From an uncultured Alistipes sp. (lineage in GTDB: Bacteria > Bacteroidota > Bacteroidia > Bacteroidales > Rikenellaceae), in contig CAAGGR010000115.1 in the NCBI GenBank assembly GCA_900769445.1, forward strand, positions 118,397 through 142,396: a DNA stretch of 24,000 nt, written 5' to 3'. The position numbers and the translations under genes were made by a program. Each line of letters opens with the position of its first letter. Positions within the stretch are counted from its first letter, which is position 1. The notes under the pieces are model-generated. The model did not search any database. It had not been told where the DNA came from and saw only the letters and a list, made by a program, of their open reading frames with translations. Below are positions 1 to 5,806 of this stretch, piece after piece.

Positions 1-399
1 TGTGGTGACGTGTGCGTACATATCAAGATCCATTGCAGGAGCAACAGCAACCTTTGAACGTGCAGATAGATAGGTTGTAAGCAAAAGATTGTCGGCAACG
101 CCAGTAACCATCTTAGCGAGTGTATTTGCTGTGGCAGGTGCTATAAGGAGCATGTCTGCCCACTCGCCGAGCGATACATGAGAGTTCCACTCGCCATTCT
201 CTGGATTGAAGAACTCCACGAGAATAGGGTGCTTAGATAGCGTGGCCATAGTTAGTGGTGTGATAAACTGCTTAGCAAGCGGAGTCATTACCACTCTCAC
301 CTCGGCACCCTCTTTCACTAAAAGACGGCACAGCATAGCGGCCTTGTATGCTGCTATGCTGCCAGTTATACCGAGTATAATATGTTTACCGTTGAGCAT
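1..399 (-). CDS. coaBC: Phosphopantothenoylcysteine decarboxylase/synthetase CoaBC, N-terminal flavoprotein part (3' end runs off the window)
   Basis: My own minus-strand translation from the ATG (plus-strand cat 397-399) gives MLNGKHIILGITGSIAAYKAAMLCRLLVKEGAEVRVVMTPLAKQFITPLTMATLS...LIAPATANTLAKMVTGVADNLL. It carries the GITGSIAAYK and APATANTLAK flavoprotein motifs. The frame is open for 133 codons to position 1. It is absent from the track because it is truncated. Confidence 0.9.
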   Translation of the reverse strand, partial: MLNGKHIILGITGSIAAYKAAMLCRLLVKEGAEVRVVMTPLAKQFITPLTMATLSKHPILVEFFNPENGEWNSHVSLGEWADMLLIAPATANTLAKMVTGVADNLLLTTYLSARSKVAVAPAMDLDMYAHVTT

Positions 400-404
400 T
401 GCTA

Positions 405-722
405 CTACTTGTTTCCGTGACGGAAATAAACGTCGCCATCAAGGAACTCCTCGGTAGCGATAAGAGCAGGCTTTGGTAGACGCTCGTAGTAGCGAGAAAT
501 CTCAATCTGCTCGCGGTTCTCGAAGGTCTCCTCTACAGAGTTATCAGATGGTGCAGAGAAATCTGCAAGTTTGCGGTTAAGCTCAGCCTTAAGCTCTGTA
601 GCAATCTGGTTAGCGCGACGCGCAATGATGTTGATGCTCTCGTAGATGTTACCTGTAGGTGTGTCGAGGTCAACCAACTTGCGAGTTACAGTGTTACTTG
701 GAACGTTCTTCTTAATCTCCAT
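405..722 (-). CDS. rpoZ: RNA polymerase omega subunit (long Bacteroidetes form)
   Basis: 105-aa track ORF. NIYESINIIARRANQIA...FENREQIEISRYYERLPKPALIATEEFLDGDVYFR matches the Bacteroidetes omega family as I remember it. It sits between bamD and coaBC with 13-nt and 5-nt gaps. Confidence 0.8.
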   Translation of the reverse strand: MEIKKNVPSNTVTRKLVDLDTPTGNIYESINIIARRANQIATELKAELNRKLADFSAPSDNSVEETFENREQIEISRYYERLPKPALIATEEFLDGDVYFRHGNK

Positions 723-735
723 AGCTTATATTGTT

Positions 736-1557
736 TTATACGTTATCTTCTGTTTTGCGGTTTTTGTCGATAAAGTTGCGGGCATCCTTAGCCATTCGTG
801 CCAACTCTTTGCTGTGCTTCGACTCGGGATACTCTCCGATAAATGAGTAGTAGTGGTCGAGCATTGCGAGGTATCTATCCAACTGCTTAGACTCTACAGA
901 GTTAGATGCCAAGCGGTATGCTGATACAGTTGTGTAGTACATCATATCTTCGAGGTATGGCGACTCTGGATACTGCTTCATCGCATTCTTGAAGGCTACG
1001 ATTGCCGACTTATACTTGCCTATTTTGAAATATGTGTAGGCATTTAGGTAGCTCTTCTTCATCAATCTGCCCGATAGCTCGTTTAGCATCTCGTTAAACT
1101 CGTCGATATTCTCAGACTCTGGATAGCGCGACATAAACTCTGTGATGGCGATAATCGCCTGCGATGTTACTGTCTGGTCGCGCTCAGGCATTGGCGACAT
1201 GTAGTAGTAACATAGCGCGTACATACCCTCAGCCTCCTCGATAAATGGGCTGCGAGCAAACTTGCGACGATACTCGTCAAGCGCCGTTGAAGCCTCATCC
1301 CAGCTGTGGAGCTTAAACTTGCATCGCGCGTTGTAGAATGATATCGAGTCCTCGCGAGGTGTACCCATATAGACGTGGCGACATGACTGGAATAGGGTAG
1401 ATGCCTTATCCCACTTCTCGGTGTTGTATAGCATAAGAGCCTGGTCATAGACATACTGAGGGTCGCCAGTCTTGATAGCCTCATTCACAACGCTACAAGA
1501 GAGGGCGATAACCGCAACAGATACGAATGCTACAATATATCCAAAAAGACGTCTCAT
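736..1557 (-). CDS. bamD: Outer membrane protein assembly factor BamD (TPR lipoprotein)
   Basis: The track ORF 736..1560 starts at GTG, immediately followed by ATG at 1557, which I prefer. Lipoprotein signal FVSVAVIALSC. TPR-like helical repeats throughout, and the conserved position upstream of rpoZ. Confidence 0.8.
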   Translation of the reverse strand: MRRLFGYIVAFVSVAVIALSCSVVNEAIKTGDPQYVYDQALMLYNTEKWDKASTLFQSCRHVYMGTPREDSISFYNARCKFKLHSWDEASTALDEYRRKFARSPFIEEAEGMYALCYYYMSPMPERDQTVTSQAIIAITEFMSRYPESENIDEFNEMLNELSGRLMKKSYLNAYTYFKIGKYKSAIVAFKNAMKQYPESPYLEDMMYYTTVSAYRLASNSVESKQLDRYLAMLDHYYSFIGEYPESKHSKELARMAKDARNFIDKNRKTEDNV

Positions 1558-1572
1558 CACTTATAATTTTTA

Positions 1573-1590
1573 CGCTTATGCGCATAAGCG
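1573..1590. promoter_or_regulatory. Perfect 18-bp palindrome in the bamD leader
   Basis: CGCTTATGCGCATAAGCG is identical to its own reverse complement. It lies between the -7 box (1593-1600) and the bamD ATG (1557). Confidence 0.6.
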
Positions 1591-1592
1591 CA

Positions 1593-1600
1593 CAAAGTTA
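1593..1600 (-). promoter_or_regulatory. Bacteroidetes -7 box TAACTTTG upstream of bamD
   Basis: Plus-strand CAAAGTTA is an exact match to TAnnTTTG on the minus strand, 36 nt upstream of the ATG. No clear -33 element. Confidence 0.5.
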
Positions 1601-1686
1601 CACAATATTTTTGATATAACGAATAATATATTAAATTATTATGTTCTTAGAAGGCCGTAATTTAAGTGTTTGTGGGACTAAATATG

Positions 1687-1719
1687 AAAAAATAAGAGCT
1701 ACCCTTTAGGATAGCTCTT
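1687..1719 (-). terminator. Rho-independent terminator of the rpsF-rpsR-rplI operon
   Basis: Stem AAGAGCTA / TAGCTCTT (1694-1701 / 1712-1719). On the minus strand it is followed by a T-run (plus-strand A-run at 1687-1692). It lies 22 nt after the rplI stop. Confidence 0.8.
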
Positions 1720-1740
1720 GTATAATATCTAAGTTGTGTG

Positions 1741-2178
1741 TTACTCTGCAACAACAGCGAACTTGATAGTAGCCTTAACCTCGCGGTGAAGCTTCGCAGT
1801 AGCCTCAAACTCACCAAGAGTCTTAACTGAGTCTACAGAGATGTTCTTGCGATCAACCTCGATGCCCTTCTCCTGCAATGCAGCAGCAAGGTCAGCAGCG
1901 GTGATAGCACCGAAGATCTTCTCCTCCTCAGCCTTAGCTGTAAGAGTGAGGTGAAGGTTGTTGATAGTCTCAGCCAAAGCCTGAGCGTCAGCAAGAATCT
2001 TAGCATCCTTGTGTGCGCGCTGGCGAAGGTTCTCAGCCAATACCTTCTTTGCAGAAGCTGTAGCAGCCTTAGCGAAACCCTGAGGAATCAAGTAGTTGTT
2101 AGCATAGCCAGGACGTACGTTAACGATGTCGTTTGCGTAGCCCAAGTTCTCTACGTCTTTGATAAGAATTACTTCCAT
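1741..2178 (-). CDS. rplI: 50S ribosomal protein L9
   Basis: MEVILIKDVENLGYANDIVNVRPGYANNYLIPQGFAK is the canonical L9 N-terminus. It is the last gene of the S6-S18-L9 operon. Confidence 0.97.
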   Translation of the reverse strand: MEVILIKDVENLGYANDIVNVRPGYANNYLIPQGFAKAATASAKKVLAENLRQRAHKDAKILADAQALAETINNLHLTLTAKAEEEKIFGAITAADLAAALQEKGIEVDRKNISVDSVKTLGEFEATAKLHREVKATIKFAVVAE

Positions 2179-2196
2179 AGTCTCTCCTCCTCTTTA

Positions 2197-2478
2197 TTAT
2201 TTCATGTTATCGGTTACGAATGGAAGAATAGCCAAGTGACGAGCACGCTTAACTGCCTGAGCTACCTTCTTCTGGAACTTCTGAGAAGTACCAGTGAGGC
2301 GACGAGGCAAAATCTTACCCTGCTCGTTAAGGAACTTCTTCAAGAACTCACCGTCCTTATAGTCTACATACTTAATACCGAGCTTCTTAAAGCGACAGTA
2401 CTTCTTCTTCTTAACATCAACTGATACTGGGTTGAGATAACGAATCTCAGATGCACCCTGCTGTGTGTTCTCTGCCAT
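2197..2478 (-). CDS. rpsR: 30S ribosomal protein S18
   Basis: 93 aa with the KKKYCRF...IKYVDYKD...LPRRLTG...Q..L..A.KRAR.LA..P pattern typical of S18. There is a 3-nt gap to rpsF. Confidence 0.97.
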   Translation of the reverse strand: MAENTQQGASEIRYLNPVSVDVKKKKYCRFKKLGIKYVDYKDGEFLKKFLNEQGKILPRRLTGTSQKFQKKVAQAVKRARHLAILPFVTDNMK

Positions 2479-2481
2479 AGT

Positions 2482-2829
2482 TTACTCCTCCTGTGATTTG
2501 TTAGCAAGCTTAGCGCGACGCTTCTGAGAGTACTCAACAGCGAACTTGTCCTGCTTGAAAGTTAAGAAACGGATAACACGCTCGTCGCGACGATACTGAG
2601 TCTCGAGAGTGTTGATGATTGAGCCCTCACCAGTGAACTCTACAAGGAAGTAGAAACCGGTAGTCTTCTTCTGAATAGGGTATGCAAGCTTCTTCAAGCC
2701 CCAGTTCTCCACATTCACAATCTGACCGCCGTTCTCGGTGATTACGCCCTGGAATTTGTCAGCAACCTCCTTTACCTGTGCCTCTGAAAGGACGGGAGTG
2801 ACAATGAAAACGGTTTCGTAATTGTTCAT
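2482..2829 (-). CDS. rpsF: 30S ribosomal protein S6
   Basis: The track ORF extends to 2931, but the S6-like sequence starts at internal Met35 ([18 protein letters not shown]..., plus-strand cat 2827-2829). A TACCTTTG -7 box at 2871-2878 lies inside the 5' extension, so the short form is preferred. Confidence 0.93.
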   Translation of the reverse strand: MNNYETVFIVTPVLSEAQVKEVADKFQGVITENGGQIVNVENWGLKKLAYPIQKKTTGFYFLVEFTGEGSIINTLETQYRRDERVIRFLTFKQDKFAVEYSQKRRAKLANKSQEE

Positions 2830-2870
2830 ACGTTTAATAAAATTAATTAGTTTTTGTGCATAATGCGGTG

Positions 2871-2900
2871 CAAAGGTAGCAATTATTTTCGATTTTGCAA
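2871..2900 (-). promoter_or_regulatory. Promoter of the rpsF operon (-7 TACCTTTG, -33-like TTGC)
   Basis: CAAAGGTA at 2871-2878 and GCAA at 2897-2900, with an 18-nt spacer. Confidence 0.55.
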
Positions 2901-3035
2901 CACTAACTCCCTCTTTTTTACCACTTATCATTAAAATTCCTACAGATATGGATAAAATACTATCTGCTTAATTGCCAACTAATACCTATTTATATATTAT
3001 ATAACATTAATAGGTTGTTTGTTTGATTTTTTTAC

Positions 3036-3043
3036 TAACTTTG
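3036..3043 (+). promoter_or_regulatory. -7 box TAACTTTG upstream of the LRR gene
   Basis: Exact TAnnTTTG match 41 nt upstream of ATG 3085. The -33 element is weak. Confidence 0.45.
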
Positions 3044-3084
3044 TATTACTAACCATTTGCAAATTATTAACAAACACAAATAGT

Positions 3085-4074
3085 ATGATGAGATTATTTA
3101 CACTACTACTTATCTCATTCGCTGCTTTGTCGTACGAGATGATAGATGAGAAACTCGATGATTCATCAGTTACTACTATCGCTAACAATCAGATTTGGTA
3201 TACCTCTACAGATGGCAAGATTGTCGAGCCATATAGTGATTGGATAAACAACTACGCTGACGCACTCACCACCTTTGGTGTTAATATTGTTTCTAACACT
3301 TATGCAGATGGCAAGGGTGTAATAGAGTTTGATGGCAATGTAACTACGATTGGATGTTCTGCATTCTATGGTTGCGACAGCCTTACAAGTGTTACTATTC
3401 CTGATAGCGTAACTACGATTGGATATGAGGCATTCGCTTGGTGCGGCAGCCTTACAAGTGTAACTATTCCTGATAGCGTAACTTCGATTGGAGCTGCTGC
3501 ATTCTATGTGTGCAGCAGCCTTACAAGTGTAACTATTCCTAATAGCGTAACTACGATTGGAGGTGGTGCATTCTCTTGTTGCGAGAACCTTACAAGTGTA
3601 ACTATTCCTGATAGCGTAACTACAATTGGAAATGGTGTATTCAGTGTTTGTGGTAGTCTACAAGAGTTTAAAGGTAAATTTGCATCTAAGGATGGTAGAT
3701 GCTTGATTATTGATGGAGTTCTAAATTCATTTGCTCCTGCAGGACTGACTGAATATACTATTCCTGATAGTGTAACTTCGATTGGAGATAGGGCATTCTA
3801 TGGTTGCAGCAGCCTTACAAGTGTAACTATTGGTGATAGCGTTAGATCGATTGGAAATTATACATTCTATTATTGCAGCAGTCTTACAAGTGTATATTGC
3901 AAGGCTGTAACTCCGCCTACTGGAGGCAATGATATGTTTTCATATCACAATGATTATGCCACCATCAAGCCTATTGGCTGTACGATTTATGTGCCTACTG
4001 AGTCTGTAGAGGCGTATAAGAGTGCAGAATGGTGGAGTGATTATGCGTCTGCTATTGTAGGCTACAACTTTTAA
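3085..4074 (+). CDS. Secreted leucine-rich repeat protein, BspA-like (23-aa LRR_5-type repeats)
   Basis: Repeats of the form SLTSVTIPDSVTTIG..AF..C occur 6-7 times. I prefer the ATG at 3085 (MMRLFTLLLISFAALS signal peptide) because the track TTG start at 3019 lies upstream of a TAACTTTG -7 box (3036-3043). A hairpin terminator sits at 4121-4162. Confidence 0.85.
   Translation: MMRLFTLLLISFAALSYEMIDEKLDDSSVTTIANNQIWYTSTDGKIVEPYSDWINNYADALTTFGVNIVSNTYADGKGVIEFDGNVTTIGCSAFYGCDSLTSVTIPDSVTTIGYEAFAWCGSLTSVTIPDSVTSIGAAAFYVCSSLTSVTIPNSVTTIGGGAFSCCENLTSVTIPDSVTTIGNGVFSVCGSLQEFKGKFASKDGRCLIIDGVLNSFAPAGLTEYTIPDSVTSIGDRAFYGCSSLTSVTIGDSVRSIGNYTFYYCSSLTSVYCKAVTPPTGGNDMFSYHNDYATIKPIGCTIYVPTESVEAYKSAEWWSDYASAIVGYNF
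3335..3900 (+). repeat. In-frame 69-bp tandem DNA repeats inside the LRR gene
   Basis: Units start at 3381, 3450, 3519 and 3588 (period exactly 69 bp). Each carries the 43-nt core CCTTACAAGTGTAACTATTCCTGATAGCGTAACTACGATTGGA with one substitution per unit. Two further units lie at 3813 and 3882. Confidence 0.95.
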
Positions 4075-4120
4075 TTTTCGATTTATATAGGGCATCTTCG
4101 TCCTATCCTATACAAAATAT

Positions 4121-4162
4121 CGCGGGCTGTACGCTTTGGTACTATCCCGCGTATTTTATTTA
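4121..4162 (+). terminator. Terminator of the LRR gene
   Basis: CGCGGG-ct-GTAC-gctttg-GTAC-tat-CCCGCG is followed by TATTTTATTTA, 47 nt after the stop. Confidence 0.7.
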
Positions 4163-4230
4163 TACGATAGAACAAATCTGCTCCTCTAAAATCAAAAATT
4201 CAGTTTTCACCTTTCAGTTAGTTCGTGGTG

Positions 4231-4252
4231 CGGGTATTAAAAATAATACCCG
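4231..4252. repeat. CGGGTATTA hairpin, left copy
   Basis: CGGGTATTA-AAAA-TAATACCCG forms a perfect 9-bp stem, 4 nt upstream of element A. Confidence 0.8.
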
Positions 4253-4256
4253 TGTG

Positions 4257-4381
4257 TACAAAGTTATCTGTTCGGCTCTTTTGGCATCTGCCTTGTTTGT
4301 TAAATGCTCATTTACATTTAGTAAACTCCGCTTTCCCAAACTGCGAGCAGCTTCAAAATAGCCACAACATATAACTTTGTA
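4257..4381 (+). repeat. Rod-like imperfect palindrome, copy A of a dispersed intergenic hairpin element
   Basis: Outer stem 4257-4272 / 4366-4381 pairs 15 of 16 positions (TACAAAGTTATcTGTT / AACAtATAACTTTGTA). Next are GGCT/AGCC (4274-4277 / 4360-4363), then GTTTG..AAA.GC / GC.TTT..CAAAC (4295-4307 / 4330-4341). The apex is TTTAC-ATTTA-GTAAA (4311-4325). The structure is symmetric about position 4319. Confidence 0.7.
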
Positions 4382-4392
4382 ATAAGCTCACT

Positions 4393-4439
4393 ACCCGCGC
4401 TACATTCAACCGTAGTGCGGGTATTATTTTAATACCCGC
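4393..4439. repeat. Two overlapping, mutually exclusive hairpins (ACCCGCGCTAC..GTAGTGCGGGT and GCGGGTATTA..TAATACCCGC)
   Basis: The first stem, 4393-4403 / 4412-4422, has 11 bp (one G-U) and an 8-nt loop. The second stem, 4417-4426 / 4430-4439, has 10 bp and a TTT loop. They share GCGGGT at 4417-4422. The second hairpin is the inverted counterpart of the one at 4231-4252. Confidence 0.8.
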
Positions 4440-4485
4440 GATATAAACACCGTTCATCCTACAGTTATTTATGTATAACACAAAT

Positions 4486-4526
4486 AAAGAATAGAGCTAT
4501 CTCGTCGAGATAACTCTATTCTTTTT
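4486..4526. terminator. Strong bidirectional terminator hairpin
   Basis: AAAGAATAGAGCTATCTC-gtc-GAGATAACTCTATTCTTT forms an 18-bp stem with one mismatch. It is T-rich after the stem on both strands (CTTTTTATAA on plus, TTTATTTGTG on minus). Confidence 0.8.
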
Positions 4527-4555
4527 ATAAACAGACAACTGAATTATGCACTTGT

Positions 4556-4655
4556 CTTAATCGCAAAGTTGCGGTAAAACTACGTAATACCTCGACTTTG
4601 CTGCGGTTCGGCAAAACAAGTAAACTTGCTCTGCTCTCACCTTAATCGCAAAGTT
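4556..4655 (+). repeat. 15-bp perfect direct repeat pair flanking a possible degenerate third copy of the hairpin element
   Basis: CTTAATCGCAAAGTT occurs at 4556-4570 and 4641-4655. Between them, TCGACTTTGCT (4592-4602) and CAAGTAAACT (4617-4626) match copy B (TCGACGCTTTGCT and CAAGTAAACT). A hairpin GCAAAACAAG-TAAA-CTTGCTCTGC lies at 4611-4634 (8 of 10 bp). Confidence 0.6.
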
Positions 4656-4686
4656 CAGTTTTTAGCTCGTAAAAGGCTATGCCTTT

Positions 4687-4845
4687 TTACTCCTCCTCAA
4701 AGACATCCTTGCCGAGGGCGCACAATGGGCATGCCCAATCCTCTGGAACATTCTCCCATGCAGTACCTGCTGGAACGCCATTCTCTGGATCACCTACCTC
4801 TGGGTCATATACATAACCACATGCTGTACAAACATACTTTTTCAT
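4687..4845 (-). CDS. Rubredoxin (52 aa)
   Basis: Not in the ORF track because it is under 60 aa. My own translation is [52 protein letters not shown]. It has both Cys pairs (CTAC and CPLC), the conserved aromatic residues and typical rubredoxin length. Confidence 0.9.
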   Translation of the reverse strand: MKKYVCTACGYVYDPEVGDPENGVPAGTAWENVPEDWACPLCALGKDVFEEE

Positions 4846-4865
4846 GTCCGATAATGTTTTAAAGT

Positions 4866-4915
4866 TTAATTAAATATAAATGAGGCGTCTCAACAATTAT
4901 GCTGAAACGCCTCAT
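4866..4915 (-). terminator. Terminator of the secG operon
   Basis: Stem ATGAGGCGT / ACGCCTCAT (4880-4888 / 4907-4915). On the minus strand it is followed by TTATATTTAATT. It starts 26 nt after the secG stop. Confidence 0.75.
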
Positions 4916-4940
4916 GTGTTAAATAAAGTTGCAGTAAGGA

Positions 4941-5315
4941 TTACTTCTCCTCCTCAGCTACAACAGCCTGCTCAGCATCAGCATCTACAACGATATCCTC
5001 GCCCTCAACTGCGATAGTCTCCTCCTCTACAGCAGTTGCCTGGTCAACACCTGCAGTGATCTCCTCGATACCGATAATCTCGTTTGCCTTCTCTGACTTT
5101 GGAAGTGCTACAACTGAAAGAAGTGTGAAGAATACGATAGCGGCAATCATTGCCCATGTAAACTTCTCAAGGAAATCTGTGGTCTGGCGAACACCCATAG
5201 TCTGGTTAGCAGCACCGAAGTTAGCAGCCATACCGCTCTTTGGGCTCTGTACCAATACTGCAAGTATAAGTAGGATACTTGCAATAACAATCATAATAAT
5301 CGAAAATGTATACAT
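4941..5315 (-). CDS. secG: Preprotein translocase subunit SecG with acidic C-terminal tail
   Basis: The N-terminal TM helix plus LVQSPKSGMAANFG...TDFLEKFTWAMIAAIVFFTLL is the SecG signature. A terminator hairpin lies downstream at 4880-4915. Confidence 0.88.
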   Translation of the reverse strand: MYTFSIIMIVIASILLILAVLVQSPKSGMAANFGAANQTMGVRQTTDFLEKFTWAMIAAIVFFTLLSVVALPKSEKANEIIGIEEITAGVDQATAVEEETIAVEGEDIVVDADAEQAVVAEEEK

Positions 5316-5342
5316 AACGCGTGTAAATTTAATTATCTTCTG

Positions 5343-5801
5343 TTATTGTTTTGTTAGCTTATCCTCAATATCCGAGATAAGTCGTGCAAAGTAAATACTT
5401 TTTTCTGAATTTAGCAAACTTAATTTGCGATAAGTGGCAATAGCTTCGGCATATAGCCCCTGTTTTTCGTAAATTTCTGCAATTTCTTCGCTCACAAGCT
5501 CGTCATCCTCCTCCATTTCTGGAGTTGCAAGGTCGCTATCGTCGCCATCCTTAGCAACAATGCGATAGTCGTCGAGCTTCAAAAAACGCTCGATAATATC
5601 CTCCGTACTCACATGGCGCAGACGCTCAAGGTCTATCTCCTTAGGGCGTAGTGTAGCGGTAGGGTGTAGCATCGCCACAAGGCGTGTGGCTGCATCCTTA
5701 ATCTCGCCATCGCTATTGCGAGCAATAGCAAGGTGCAGGGCACTCCACCAAGGGTACTGCTCCAATAGTTGCTCGATATTATGTTGCTTGTTTGCATCCA
5801 T
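5343..5801 (-). CDS. Conserved hypothetical protein with acidic middle and a C-terminal TPR-like helix pair
   Basis: 152-aa ORF packed tightly between lptE-like (5-nt gap) and secG (27 nt). The segment AEIYEKQGLYAEAIATYRKL resembles a TPR motif. I recognise no functional family. Confidence 0.7.
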   Translation of the reverse strand: MDANKQHNIEQLLEQYPWWSALHLAIARNSDGEIKDAATRLVAMLHPTATLRPKEIDLERLRHVSTEDIIERFLKLDDYRIVAKDGDDSDLATPEMEEDDELVSEEIAEIYEKQGLYAEAIATYRKLSLLNSEKSIYFARLISDIEDKLTKQ

Positions 5802-5806
5802 ATATA

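Larger units (their letters stand above)
4386..4526 (+). ncRNA. Candidate small RNA of about 140 nt (prediction only)
   Basis: An exact plus-strand -7 box TAACTTTG at 4372-4379 (no clear -33) gives a predicted start near 4386-4390. The body holds the alternative hairpins at 4393-4439. The 3' end is an 18-bp stem at 4486-4524 followed by TT. There is no ORF longer than a few codons. Confidence 0.25.

Noticed and set aside
2830-2931. 34-codon N-terminal extension of the S6 ORF
   Set aside because: The S6 homology begins at Met35. The extension contains the operon's own -7 box (2871-2878) and reads as AT-rich intergenic sequence.
3019-3084. TTG-initiated 22-codon extension of the LRR ORF
   Set aside because: A TAACTTTG -7 box lies inside it (3036-3043). 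The ATG at 3085 gives a proper signal peptide.
4282-4296. Sigma-54-like promoter TGGCAT-N5-TTGT inside element A
   Set aside because: The spacing is right and an EBP is encoded nearby. However, the near-invariant -12 GC is TTGT rather than TTGC, and the motif is absent from copy B (CGACGCTTTGCTTGT). This is probably a chance match. It would only be worth revisiting if a transcript start maps near 4307.
4198-4670. Possible target-site-duplication-like direct repeat (TTCAGTT..AGTTCGT at 4214-4227 versus TTCAGTTTTTAGCTCGT at 4654-4670) bracketing the structured block
   Set aside because: It is only a 7-mer plus a gapped 6-mer match. That is easily expected by chance in 600 bp of AT-rich DNA, so it is not strong enough to call an insertion boundary.
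4626-4862. 78-aa plus-strand track ORF
   Set aside because: It is exactly antisense to a textbook rubredoxin on the minus strand. It has a TTG start, no recognisable motifs and starts inside repeat-derived DNA.
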